A stretch of 64,000 nucleotides of DNA, taken from positions 6,634,001 to 6,698,000 of the forward strand of contig OZ316775.1 of assembly GCA_973851085.1 (NCBI GenBank). Reading direction: 5' to 3'. The translations under genes were made by a program, and so were the position numbers. The notes below the pieces were generated by a model. It did no database searches. It saw nothing but the letters and a program-made list of their open reading frames with translations, and was not told the origin of the DNA. This DNA is from Ptychomitrium polyphyllum. Lineage: Eukaryota. Numbering within the stretch: the stretch's first letter is position 1; every line of letters begins with the position of its first letter. Of the stretch, positions 38,801 through 52,517 are shown piece by piece.

Positions 38801-41800
38801 AATATTTTCATTTTAAAATTTGTGATGGATATTGCAAATAACTTTTAATCTTCTATTATATTATGTATATCAAATAAGACATCTTTTTTGCATTTCAACA
38901 AGGTAGAGATTTCTACAAAAATTACATACCTTACACATATTAAAGAAAGTGTAGATTGAAAAAATTATATAAGAAGGTGAAATGGAAAATACAAATGTTT
39001 AAGGGTTTTAGAAATAAAATTTGACAAAAAATGTATTTGAAGCCATAATTCAAATCTTAATCATTCAAAATACCATATGTAAAAAGCTCATTTAGTAGAC
39101 TTATTTGATATGTCCAAAGGTCCTAAATTATTGGAATTTAAAGTAGAGAGGAAAAAAAGGTGGATAGTTTAAAGGTGGATATTAAGAATTTCAAAGGATA
39201 GAAATGGAATGGAAGCATGGGCTAAGAAAAGGTAGAAGAAACTACATAATTGAATATATAAGGTGGACATGGTCAAAGAAAATCATCATATTCTTATCAC
39301 CTTATTAAAAGGGAAAGAAATGTCTTTCTTTGAATCTTCAAGTTTGGTACAGTTTGAATCTTAAACACCAAAAAATATAAAGTGCTCCACAATCATGATT
39401 ATTTAGCATTTCTAGTGATATGCACAAGTTCTATTTTCAAAATGGCAACAAATGGAATGATAGCCAGTTTCAAAAATAAAAATTAGGATGAAAACAAAAA
39501 TTGGCAAGATGGATTTTTTATAGGGGGTCTTTAACTAGCATTACTACAAGTTTGTTATTATATGGAATATGATATTTCTATTAGTTTTTTAATTGATTAA
39601 ATTTTAGTTTATTGTTTCTACAAAGTATATAACATAGTACTTTATTAATTTATTAATGTAATGTTATTTTATGTATAGATTGAAACAAAGAAAGAATGGT
39701 ATTTAAGAATGTAGCATTCAAACAAGCACTTCATGCCATGGAAAAATCCATCAATCAAACACTTTCTAGTTCTTACTATAGAGAAAGGGAAGAATTTAAA
39801 ATGATTAACTTTCATAAAAATTAATAGTAATATCCATCATGATTTTCTTAGAACATGCATTGTAAGCAATATCCATCACTAATGATCTTTAGTCATCACA
39901 AATTTAGTCATCACAAAGATCCATTCCTTGATAATGTACTAAATCCCTTCAATACTCAAATATTAGCAAAGCAAGAACGTCCATATGGATGACATCATTT
40001 GAGTATTGGAAGGATGAAGAATCGCAGTTCAAATCACCCCCTTCATCCTGCACGGGATGGATTAGTGAGCCGAATCGCCCTGCCCCAGCTGCAACGATTA
40101 CGGTTTTACACTGATTCACTATTTTTACATTGATCACCTATTCCAAGTTGTAAAGCTGATGATAACAACAAGTGGTTTTTCCGAGCTGCACTATTAGAAT
40201 AGCTCTTATGAGCTGTTAGAGCCTCACAATCCTCCCTTCAGTGTACTCTTTCTAAATTGCACGTAAGGTTCCGTTTGTCCGGGTGTGGAGCTCAAGCTTG
40301 TACCCTACATACGACTTGGTGGAATCCCAGGGGCTTCACCTTCTCTGTCCTCCTTTCCGTGCGCAAGATAGTGACACCCCGAGGGGTCTCAATAGATCTG
40401 GCTCCGGCAGCTCTACAGTCAAGTTGCCTCAGTCTGTTGTATTCAAGGAAACTGCACCTCCTTCCAGATCGCTGTAGTTCAGATCGTCCTATTTCCGTTA
40501 GTACATCAGAGGTGGCAACATTGTCAACCATCATCTGTGACTTTAATCCAATGTCAGAAATTAGGTGTACGTTTAATAAAATGAAGGTTTCGTTATTCGA
40601 ACTTCGACCTTTCTGTCAGAGTACAGGAACAGTGTGAAGGCTCTACACTTGTTTTATTTCATTGAGACTCCAGAGCCAATTGATGGGTGATGGGGAGGTC
40701 CCTTCAGCCCAATTATGCCATCAGATTGATCATTCTGAAGCACTCATAGTTGTCAGAGAGGTAGTTTTCAAATTGCATCCACTCATGAAAACTGTTTTGG
40801 GAGTACTGTATCCTTTGTGTAATGGTATGAACCATTTGGGTTCTCCTACCAGAACCCCTTTTTGTGAAAAACTGTATGGTACTTGCAAACATGACAGTCT
40901 TGGCCCTGTTGTAAGTGGGCATCTCAGTGGGGAAAGTATTACATTGTTAGTGTCTCATGCACACATTGTATTTGCTAAATCAATTACTGTAAGAAATTTC
41001 TAACAATAATCACAATAATTTTTATAATTTAAAAAATATTTAAAGGAAACATTTACATAGTCAAAATCAACACACAAATAATTTGATGGATTATTATACT
41101 TGCAAGCATAGGGGGTTGCAGCCTAAGGAAGATTTGTTGATTAGGAATGTAGTGAATGATCTGTTGCCATGGAATGTACTAGATAACTTGAAAAAAGAAC
41201 AATACTAAAATTATAAAAAGCATGTTTACAATGTATAGACCAAGCATTCTACATGACCTTGCATTATAACCAATTAAATACACTCCTTGGTTGGAGTTAC
41301 TTTACATTTTAAGAATGTCATTTATCTTACATTCCCATATGTAATTCCCTAGTGTGAGTTATTTCTTTCAAATACAGTGAATGAACAAATTGATATTCCA
41401 TGGTTGGAGTTGATATATAGTAAATTCTTCTGTCATTGTTGTGAAGCATCAATTAGATGAACCATCCTCAAATGAGCTACTGTGATCATAAGTGGACACG
41501 CATATTGAAGAGCTTCGTGTTAGTAGCTTCTGCTGCCCACCCACATGAACAATTATTCTGTCATCTGTGCAGTGTGAAATGGACGGTATATTAATATTTT
41601 GTTGCAAGCTCTGAATATTTTCTTTTGTCCATCTTGCCTATGAGTAGGCCACTCAAGACCATCTAGTATGTAAGAAGTGCAAGACCACTACAGGAATCTT
41701 GAGTTACTGGCACGTCAATAAAATAGAACCTATGTACAGGTGATATTCATTTCAGGTGCAGCCTGGTGAGTATATTTCTAGGTAGGTTGCAGATACTCCT

Positions 41801-43042
41801 TGTTAAGTTACTCCAGGTGTGCCAACCATACTCATTGTTTTTGGCAGTTGTGTTCATGCCTCTATCTATAACTTTTGGCTGATATGTAAAGCTTGTAGGA
41901 ACCCTTTAGCTCTTGGTAGGTCTTGCACCTGAACCCAAAAAGTAATAGGATGGTCTGGGATCTGTGAATTTATTACATGAATCACTTTTACAGGAACTTA
42001 ACAACAAAGTAGACATGCCAACTGCACCACCATGTAACTGAGCAGCGTTTCTGTAAAATTTTAAGCCCTCTTTGAACTGGCCCTTTCAAGAATCTTCTGT
42101 GAAGTCAAACTAGAGGCACAATAAGTACGTTGTTAATGTTAACACATGCTTCATATACACTCATTGTTTGCTAAAATTTACTACAATAATTTTCTAACAA
42201 TTACCATAATAATTTTTTAAATGTTTCTTTTGAATACTCATCTAAATAAATAAAGATAGTATATGAAATTTTTGAAAGGAATGTTTGTCAACATAGGGGT
42301 CTCAAATTTAATGGTTAAGAATATACTTTTGGAACCCATGCACTTTTCTTTATAAAATAAGTATCTATTATACAAATACATTCATTTATCGGTTACCATG
42401 ATGGAAATAAGAAAATGTAGTGTAGTTGGATATGCCACGTTGTTTGCCAAGAAAGAAACTTTGAGCTAATGCATTAAGTTGGCTAGTCCTTTCAGTATGA
42501 CAATATATCTTCAAAGATGTTTGTAGTTGAACTGCCATATGTGTATAGTCTAATAAAAAAAAATTGATGTTTGCAAATCATGAAATAAATAGTTTAAATT
42601 CTTTATAAACAAAAGAGACAATTATACAAGAAATAAGCTTTTTTACATAGAATTGAAGAAAACAAAAGTTTTCTTAGGACTTTCTTTAGTACTATCAACA
42701 CTACAAAAATAATTTTTTTTCTATCATGCAATTGAATTATAAATGAATTTGGAGTTATTTTTCTCATTAAAATTAAAAAATGCAATTATTGAGCAAAGAT
42801 TTGGTTGAGTTGACACCATTGGCATGGTATTTGCATCTCAACTATCCATATTTCATATACTAAACTAATCTCAAGGAATTATGATAAATTCAAAATATAA
42901 AATATTCGATTCTATGTCATGTATGGGACTTAGAATCTTATGGTTTAGAAACTACTTTTTCCTCTACTTGAAAAGCCCAAGAATCAAGAATCTTCAAGGT
43001 TATGCAACATTATCAAGCCATTGTTCCTTGTCCTGCTACTTT

Positions 43043-44797
43043 TGGTTTAAATAAATATTATTGATGAAACTTACAAATTTTTATTGGCAAATTGGTAAGA
43101 TTGTTAGTTGGCTTTCATGTGCGTTAATTGATATTATATCTGTGCCAACGGATCTAATTTATCAACTTTCTATGTCTTATCTATAAATTAAGTATTTTTT
43201 TTTTTCAAATTCATGATGATCATTGATTTTTATTACAAGTGGTGGTAGTTGTTTTTATTTAGAGATATTTGATTCCTTTTAAATTTCTAAATATGGAACG
43301 TAGAAGGCTGGATAAATCTTTACTGATGTTTGTAATTCTAAATAATACAATACATGCTTGAAATGCAAATGGTCCAACGTCCAATAGTCCAACTAATTGT
43401 AGGGCGTATTGGTCTTTATATGGCATCAAAAGAGCAAAACTTTCTCACCAACTTAAAATGACGCTTGTTTTTTGTTTGTTGCATTTCTTAATTTTTGCTA
43501 TAATTCTTGAGCTTTTTCTAATTCAATCTTTAAGGTTGCTTGAAACTTTGCCATTTTTAGGGCAAATTCTTTTGCTGCTAGATTCTTTGATTCGGGGTTG
43601 TGAAAGCCATAATATAAGTAATGTTATTATAAACAAACTCAACAAATGTTAAGTAATGTGTTCAATTGTTTTGTTAGTAGTTGACGGTATACTGCAATTA
43701 TCGCTTCAAAATTTGATTGATTTGCTTTGTTTGGCCATCGATTTATTGATGGAAGGTAGAAAAATACTTATGTCCACCTTAAGGATTTCCAAGAGTGATT
43801 TCTAGAACCTTGATATGAGTTATAATTCACAATATAATATCATATTATCAAATAATCTATGGTAGTCGTAGACATTATAAAAAGTATGGCGATTTTTGCT
43901 AATAATTGTATTCAAGCAAGGTACAAAATATGCCATTTTAGTCACCTATTCTATTAGTACAAATATGACATTAAAAGAATCCGACTGTAGAAGATCTCTG
44001 ATGAAATCCATGAAAATAGACAACTACAGTTGCTTTCAAAAAGGTAGTGGTTTGAAAAGTTTGTATAAGCAGCATTAAATGTTTTTATTGACCAAGAGTA
44101 TGTATTACATAAGATTACAAATTTTTAGATGACCTTCCACATTTGTAGCTGTCATAGACATAATCATGCAATATAAGCTTTAGAACCTTCTAGAACCTTC
44201 TAATATATTATAATAGCTTCTTAGAATACTTTTAAATGTCTTCATAGTCGTTCTATGTTTTTAGGAAATTTTCTAGGAAAGAGGTAGAAACTTTCTAAGA
44301 AGCTTCTACCTCTTTAGGAAACTTCTTTAGAAGGTTCCACCACCTTAATTTACTTCCAAAGAAGGTTCCAACTCCTTGGAAGTTTCTTAAGAAGGTTCCA
44401 ATATCTTGGAAAACTTCTTGGGAAGGTTCCATAGACTTTTAGAACATTCTTAAGCCTTGTAGGAAGCTTCTTTAGAATTATCCTTGTAGATACAAGCGTC
44501 ATAGTATAAATAGGAGGCAAGACAAAGTATTCTTTAGTCTTGCCAACACAAATTGTGGATCATATTGTTTTTTGCCTTGTTTTAGTCTTTGTATCAAGTT
44601 CTTGTTAATCATTAGTTCTTTGGAAGCGAATTCTTGGGAAACACTTTGTTTTTGCTTCTTGTTTCTTGTGTCCATAACAGTGGCTATCAATAGCTATAAG
44701 AGGGGATTTTAGAATTTTGTTGAATCCAAAATCTCCAACAACATAAAAGTTTTAATGTGTTTGAAGTTTATACATGTAAACTGATCATTTGTGAACA
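43043..44797 (-). mobile_element. Decayed Ty3/Gypsy chromovirus pol remnant (integrase zinc-binding region, core, GPY/F region, chromodomain), interrupted by an LTR
   Basis: Stop- and frameshift-riddled minus-strand translation: GDFGFNK..PQMWK (zinc-binding region), KPLP..SIFMDFIRDL..VTKMAYFVPC, DGQTKQINQILK..VEFVYNN (core), IELEKAQE..VGEKVLL..GPF, KIYPAFYV..LE, and RW..YNIN.RT.KP..NL..FHQ (chromodomain-like). Confidence 0.85.
44150..44679 (+). mobile_element. Solo LTR (530 bp) inserted into the integrase remnant
   Basis: TGTCATAGAC..CCATAACA termini, an internal TATAAATA and internal short repeats. The flanks GTAGC/GTGGC form a TSD with one mismatch, and removing the element rejoins the integrase PQMWK motif. 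Confidence 0.8.
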
Positions 44798-45184
44798 TGT
44801 TATTAGGAACCCAAGAAATAAGAAGCAAATACAAAGTGGTTCTCTATAATTAACTTCCGAAGAGCTAATGATTAATAAAAATTAATATAATGACTAAAAC
44901 AATGGCACAATACAATATGATCTACAACTTGTGTTGGCAAGGCTAAGGTATACCTTATCTAACCTCTTATTTATACTATGACGCTTATATTTCCTATGAT
45001 ACTTCTAAAGAAGCTTCTTATGAAGCTTAAGAATAATTTAGAAGTTTATGAAACCTTTCTAAGAAATTTTCCAAAGATATGGAATGGCTATGGAAGCATT
45101 GAAAGTAGTTTAAGAAGCTACTACAATGTACCAATAGGTTAAAAAGATTCTAAAGACTATGTTGCATGATCCTTGTCTGTAACA
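44798..45184 (-). mobile_element. Second, shorter copy (387 bp) of the same LTR family in opposite orientation
   Basis: Its reverse complement aligns end to end with 44150-44679. Shared blocks include AAGCGTCATAGTATAAATA, TTGCCAACACAA, GATCATATTGT and TTAATCATTAG. It lacks the internal repeats and has no matching TSD. Confidence 0.8.
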
Positions 45185-46686
45185 CTTGCGATAAGTTATT
45201 ATTAACAAAATAACAAAAAAACAAGGTTTTAAGACCTTTAGATATGAAATTAGATTGTTTCAAGATATTTTATATCAATGTACAAATATAGGAATAAAAG
45301 GTCTAAGTTTGACCACAAAATATACGTAGTCCAAAATAAAGATCTTTTTGGCCTTGACTCCTATACATATTAAAACTACAAGCTTTGGAAGCTTCTTTAA
45401 AAGTTTCAAAAATAATTGCATTGTAACTTTTTGAAAAGTATCAAGATTTTTATTCTTGCTAAGGTATTTGTTGTGCTGCATCTGATGGTCCAATTGTGTT
45501 ACTTCAAAAGAAAATACTTTTATGTCTGGACTTTATGTTAGCATAATAGTATTCTACATTTATTGAGAAACTATGAATTGTTAGGAGTGCACTACATGCA
45601 CTACACATGGTGCAGGTGCATGTCATTCCAAAAACGCCACCTTTCACAACCCAAAAAAAAAAAACCACAATTTTCAGACTTTTTTGATGGTACAGTACTA
45701 TCAATACACTCAGTTTTGCTGCAGTTCCAAAACTCAATATAATTATATTTACCTGCAGTATTACCATGGTAACAAATCGGGGCTGGACTGTTGACGGGCT
45801 CATTTTTCCTGATGACCTTCGAAACGAGAGAGACAACCGAACGAATGCAGTTGGATGCCATAATGCTCTCTGTTGCATTGTTTAGTTATAAATAGTAGCG
45901 GAATGGATGATTAATTGTGGATGGATGAAGAAGGTGAATGAGGCTGGAGCTATGGATGAGCGGTTTCAGGAATGGTTTGCATTTTCCACCAAACACTGCG
46001 TTGCAGAGAAAGAAGAACCGGGGAGAATCGATGCTAGTTTTCCTGCAAACAAGTTTAAGGACAGGTGGATCGCGGTAAAGATCAACGGTAGATGATGCGA
46101 CTTCGGTAACTTCGTGGAGTTTTTAGCTTAAAAGCAGACACGGTGGACCGTCGATCGCTTGTGGTAGGGTTTCCTTTGTGATAGAGTGAGTAATGAAGTT
46201 TTTTCCGATGACTTGATGATTGAGTGTGATAGATCACACCTTGTGGACAACTGCGTACTGTCGTCGTCGATGCGAATCGGTGGTCTTCATTTGCAGAGAT
46301 TAGGGTGTCCATGGCGCTGCTGCACTTTGTAACGTCTTCTTGTGGTGTCTTTTTAGCGCCTGGATGTGGAAGTCATCGTGGAATGAGTTCTATATTCTTC
46401 CTGGTTCAGAATGCAGTCAGCAGCCATTGAATTGTTGATTGTGAGGTGGAGCGCTCGTGAAGTTGATGGAAAGGTAGCGTGATATAGAATTGATGTTTGC
46501 AGAAGGGGTTTGAGGTCATTGGAAGTGTATTGAGAAACTGTTTCGTTGCTAGGGATGGTCAAGCAATTAGGTTATTGCTACCCCGCGTGATTTCTGTGTT
46601 CGACAGCATCATGAGATAACTAGTTATTCTCTACTGTGTTGGGACCCGCAAATAGAAATACAGTTACTTTTCTGAATTCTGTGACA

Positions 46687-49600
46687 ATGGCTGGAAATAT
46701 TCTGGATGTGTTGACAGCGGCATGGATCAATGTAATTACCTCGATTATACTCTTGCTTGCTTTTGCTGTTTTAAAGAATCAGCCTATGAATGCCCGTGTC
46801 TACTTTCCCAAGTGGTTTCTGAAGGGTCAGAAGCAAAGAGCTGGGCCAGTCGGAGGGTTTGGGACCAGGGACAACGGAACTAACCGCATCGGAAGATTTT
46901 TGAATCTGAATATGAAGAGCTACGCTCATGTTATGGATTGGATATGGACCACTCTTCGTATGCCAGAAGCAGAACTCATCGAGCATGCTGGTCTAGATTC
47001 TGCTGTTCTTCTGCGAGTGTTTCTTCTAGGGTAAGGTTTTATCCGGTATTTAAATTTAAATTGGCTGCAAAAGAGAATACTGTATTTATACCTGAGGTGT
47101 TCCCCAGTGGCCACATCTTTATCTTCAATCCCAATGTAACATGTTTGAATTCTTTACAGCTTCGAGTTGTTAAATTGGAAGTACTGAAATCTTTAGGCAT
47201 TGCTGCGTTTTTCAAGGATGATAATGCCCCCAACCACACGGCAGTAACTTTTCAAATTTAGCAGGACTTAATTCAATTTGAAGTCTCAGAAGAGGATGCT
47301 CTTACCTTTGACCACGATTTGTCATAGATTTGTGCAGGTTGAAGATTTTTGCACCGATGTTGGCGTGGGGTTGTTTGGTGTTGATTCCCGTTAACAAAAC
47401 CGACAATGAACTCACCTCCTATCAAGCAGCCAATTCCAATTTCGTCTACAGTGCTGTCGATACAATCTCCATAGCCAACGTGCATGACAAGTCAAAGCGG
47501 TATGTCCCTGGAATGTTGGTTGAATGTGGAAGCCCAACGCCATGATGTCATAGCAGCTTTTGTTTTAGACTATTGGAAGAATGATAAATTGTTCCTCATT
47601 CGCAGGGCAGGCTTTGGGCTCATTTATTGGCAGCCTACATGTATACTGCTTGGACTTGCCTGATGCTGTTCAATGAATATAACGAAGTGGAATGTTTACG
47701 GTTCAATTTTCTTGCAGCTCAGAAACGGCGCCCTGATCAATTCACAGTATATCCTCTTTTCTTTAATCGATATAAAAAAATTGCACTTTTCTTTGTTTCC
47801 TGCGTGCTGATTTTATTTCTTGACCTTAGTAACTTGACCTGATGAGTTGGTCATGTCATATAGATCTTAGTGAGACAAGTTCCGAAGGTCCGGCAGATAA
47901 AAGTAAGCCAGCAAATAGAGAATTTCTTTAAGGAAAATCACTCAGATCATTATTGCACCCACCAGGTACACCCTCTAGTGAAACTCGTGCCTGAAAACCA
48001 TTGTTGATTGAAATTGAATGGTACTATTTTTATTTTAGTTGTACGCTCGTACCAACCGAAGGTAATAACATATCAGACTCTTCAAGATTTACTCTTAGTG
48101 TATTAGCGAAGGATTTCCCTTCAAGACATTATGTACTATGATGTGCCCTAAACTGGTGGTCTTTTTAAGGTCTCTTTGAACAGTATTTAGCATTACTCGA
48201 GTTGTTGATTGCAGGTTGTTTACAATGCAAATCATTTAGCTGAACTTGTTAAGAAGAAAGAAAAATATTTGAACAAGATTGAGTATCTTCATAAGCAGCA
48301 GGTCACCAGCCTAAATTCCAAGCGCCCAACAACTCGAGTAAGCTTTTGTAGAGCTGTACTGCGTGAACTCCGACTCTCTTGGTCCCTCTCATGATATTAT
48401 TAAACACTGTTGTCATGATTTATCATAAGACGACGAACGTACATTCGACTATAGCACAAGTTCTTTACACGGACTGGGAATGGTGTGACGCAGAAAGGAT
48501 TCCTAGGTCTTGTTGGGGAGAAAGTAGATGCCCTTGACTTCTACACCATCAGATGTAATCGACTCACTGAAGAGGTTTTACTTTCCTTTGCTTGTGCAAT
48601 TCCATTGTAGCACTTGGTGCCGGAAATTGGTATCTATAAAGTTTATGTTAGTGCTTGTGCACTGAAGATAAGGGTGGACGTGTTTTTCTTTTTAATTTCT
48701 GCTAAGCCACACACACCTGTTTGCAGTAATTCCTGACCCTCAATCAACTGGTACCTCTTTTTAGGGAAGGTAGCGTCTGGAATCTTCGTAAATTCTTATC
48801 ACAGGCTCTCCGCTTCATTATTAGGACTCGTGAAATAATTAGTATGCAATACAGGAATCGGGGTTAGGGGTTTATGATGTATCACATGCTTTGGCAGATT
48901 AAGAAAGAGCGGCGCCACATCTTGTCAAGTGAAAAATGTGTGATGAAGGCGGGCTTTGTGTCATTCAACTCGCGATGGGGAGCTGCAGTGTGTGCACAAA
49001 CACAACAAAGCAAGGATTCAACTTGCTGGTTGACAGATTGGGCTCCAGAAGCTCGGGATGTCTGCTGGGATAATCTGTCTACACCGTACATGGAGCTTAA
49101 TTCACGACGTCTTTTCATTGCCTTCATCATTTTCTTCATAGCATCCTTTTTCATGATTCCAATCACATTTGTTCAATCGTTGGCGAATTTGGATGCCCTT
49201 GACAAGAACTTTCACTTCCTTAAGCCTCTCATTGATCAGTAAGCTGCTGATTCCCTTGCATTCTCTGAAATTTATAGTTCTAGCAAGCTTATACAAGTGG
49301 TAGATTGTTAAACGTAGAAACGGCTCCAGATAAATTGTGCTCATCACTTATTGATGTCGTCAATCTTTCAGGAGGTTTATACGGTCTGTTCTACAAGGCT
49401 TTTTACCAGGCCTTTCGCTGAAGCTGTCGCTCACGTTTCTTCCCCAGCTGATGATGTTTCTCTCTAAATTTGAAGGTCGAGTCTCTTTATCAAAGATTGA
49501 GAGAAATGCTGCTACGAAGTACTTCGTTGTTATGGTAGTTAATGTCTTTTTTGGCAACGTGATTGTCGGTTCTGTGTTTGAACAGCTGAAGCAGTATATT

Positions 49601-51175
49601 AACTCTCCGATCAGGTGCGCAAACTGTACACTGCGCTTCTCAATTATTTTACCTTTTTGAAAGGGACAATTGTTCTAAGAGAAACCTTCATTATCCATAT
49701 TCGAATTTATAAGGCCACATTCACAGAATTTAGTTTGAATTTGTGGATGGCTGTTGTAGGGTTCCAAAGGCTTTCGGGAGTTCCATTCCAATGAAGTCAA
49801 CATTTTTCATCACTTACATCATGGTGGACGGTTGGTCGACTGTTGCAGCTGAAGCACTGCGACTTTGGGCCTTTTTGTGGTATCATTTGCAGAATATGGT
49901 GATTGTAAAAACGGAGAAAGATAGAAATCAAGCGATGGCATTCACAACCCCTCAATACAATGCACTGTTGCCGAAATTGGGTCTTTACTTTCTTCTAGGC
50001 CTAGTATATGCGATCATTTCACCTCTCATCCTGCCGTTCATAATCGTGTTCTTCGGCTTTGGATACATCATTTACCGAAACCAGGTACGCACTATTCAGC
50101 TTCACGGTGCACAGTTTCCGTCATACTACTTTCCAAGGTAATCCTGTTTGACAACATCGTACTCAGAATACGGATTCGGCTTTGCGGTTCTCCTGGAGTC
50201 AGAAATGTCTTTTGAGTACAAGTGATATTTGTAGGTCTTTCTCTGTTCTGCTGGAAAGTTCTTTGGAATGTGCACAAGGTAAACTATAGAAGGTTCTTCA
50301 GGAATTGTTCTTAACTATTTTAGGAACAAATTGATGAAATCGTGGCTTTTCTCAATTAGATCTATATTCTACCAGTTTTATTTACCTTGTTGTGTATGTT
50401 TTACCCTGGGAAACGAGTCATTGAATGCGTTTTTGCTTTCAAAGGTTTAGGAGCAGATATAACTTTCTTTATCTTCTGGCTGCAGGTGATTAATGTTTAT
50501 GAACCAAAGTACGAAAGTTCTGGTGCATTCTGGCCTCTCATTCATCGACACATTGTGGTGGCTCTTTTGATAACCCATATCACCTTGATTGGGCTTTTCT
50601 CAATCAAACGATCTGCAGCGTCAACGCCTCTTCTGCTACCATTGCCAATATTGACATTGGTCTTCCATTGGTATTGCGCAGAACGATATGGACCAGCCTT
50701 TAATCAATACCCACTACAGGTCCATTTCTATGTTCCCATTGTCGCACAAATTGTCCCAAGCTGCCGGTAAGCACAGTATCTTTCTGGGTGCTCAAAAACT
50801 AGTCTTTCAACACTTTTTTTGAGGTCTGCAGCTGGTGTTTTGCGTCGCTCATAGTATAATGTTTCTAACGAATTGCCGTTCGATGATCGTCAGGAAGCAC
50901 GAGCCAAGGACAATTTGGAAAGGACTTTAGAACCCAACCTGGATGTGAGAAGCTTCCTCGAAACAGCGTATCTGCATCCTTCAATTGCATCTGCCTTGGC
51001 CGAGGACACAGTGACCTTAGACAAGGGCGGAATCCATAACCTTCTCGAGAGGGGAATTTCCGAATCATCGATTGTACAAAGCACGCCACGGTCAAACGCT
51101 GACAGGCATCTCGAGCACACCTGCAACATCAGCATTGACTCACATTCTGCTTCTAGAACGAACTCGGATCACTAG
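46687..51175 (+). CDS. OSCA: OSCA/CSC1 (TMEM63/ERD4-like) mechanosensitive Ca2+-permeable channel, OSCA1-like, 11 exons
   Basis: Exons 46687-47030, 47338-47499, 47611-47746, 47864-47965, 48215-48337, 48494-48574, 48898-49238, 49372-49614, 49760-50084, 50486-50719 and 50894-51175 join in frame. Motifs QPMNARVYFPKW, MPEAELIEHAGLDS, RPDQFT, WGAAVCAQTQQS, WAPEARDV, FFITYIMVDGW, YFLLGLVYA and YRNQVINVY..YES..FWP. Confidence 0.95.
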
Positions 51176-52517
51176 GTATGGTAAAATTGCACATCTGAAC
51201 AGAAGACTACAGGTGAGGCAAGTTCTCACTTTGAACTGGATTTCGTTACAGCAAGGTACATCAGCAATATTTGCTAATAGCTATGCACCAAGTTTACTAA
51301 ACGGTGCTCAAACTTCACTTCTTGATTTTCATGAGACGGGACGAGGCACTTTTAGCGAGCAGATGCCTGCCTGCCGAAGCGTGTTCTCACTCATGGTCGT
51401 ACCTGTTTACGGTCGGAGACAAACTCATCGGTTGGAAATGCACAAATGTCAGCATGTTCACCTCCTGGAATCCGGTACACGTAATTCACAACAAAGTCGA
51501 CCTAATGCATTATTCGGCAAGAACTTGCCCTGAGGTTCCTTTTGCGCCATATTACTGGTCACCCTGCGCATTCCTTAACACTCACATTCTTAAGGGTGTT
51601 TTTTTGTCGGAACTTAGACGAATGCGAGGAAATGGTTATGCTATGTTGAGTTTGCGGTAAGTGAAGATTTCTGTTCAAAACATTTAAAATGCGGAGCACC
51701 GTGAACTTCATTTCATCAGAAAACTCCAGAACGCTGCACAGAAGAAATCTATAGAAATGCATTTTCACTGCTCTTATTGTGATGTTTTCAGGATGCCATT
51801 TGATAATTCAGATGCTTGGCCATATTAGTGTAGTCTTCCAATGGACAAAAAATAGCCAAAGTGATCAGTTCCTAGACATACTGTACTGGCCAATTCATGA
51901 GCAGAAACAATAATCGTGCATGGCAGAGGACTCGAGTCTTACGTATATGATGGAGACCACTGTGGAGAACCTCAGCTGATTTAAGTAGTATGGAAGCCTT
52001 CAAACTTGGCACTAGAATATTACTTAGACTAAATGTAGAAACTAGCAACTGCAACAAGCAACAGCACGGAACATGTTCTCTCTTCGTGTCAGCTCTCTCA
52101 TACAACCAACTTTATACAGAATTTCAATCAAATCAACAGCACAAAGTTTCAGCAAATGGGATAAATTCAGTCACAGGAGCAAGTTACAAGAGGTACAAGT
52201 AAAAATATCGTATATTAAACTTTCAACCGTATCTTTCAGGTACATTCTGCAGCAAACTGAGACCAGAATCGTAGAAATGACCGGCTAGCTGTCTGCTAAT
52301 GATAGATGAGTCCATACACAATCATTGTGACATTCTTTTGTCAAATCGGTTCTCTTCCACCTCGTGATTTAAAAAAATCGTCAAGAGTACAGGAGAAGGA
52401 TCAGTGAACTTCATCTCAGAGCTGCGCAATTGTTTATCGTCTTGGAAGCTCTCTACCGCGGTTGTTGATGGTGTGCTCAAATTTAGAGCTGCATCAAAAC
52501 CAGAATCAGCCGATCTG

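Noticed and set aside
44150..45184. A single foldback or TIR DNA transposon spanning both inverted arms
   Set aside because: No TSD flanks the whole unit, the left arm has its own 5-bp TSD and TG..CA ends, and the spacer is integrase-derived.
47747..47863. U12-type intron in OSCA (ATATCCTC two bases into the intron)
   Set aside because: An ordinary GT-AG reading keeps the frame (FT|ILVRQ). The U12 reading would need AT-AT ends and has no well-placed branch site.
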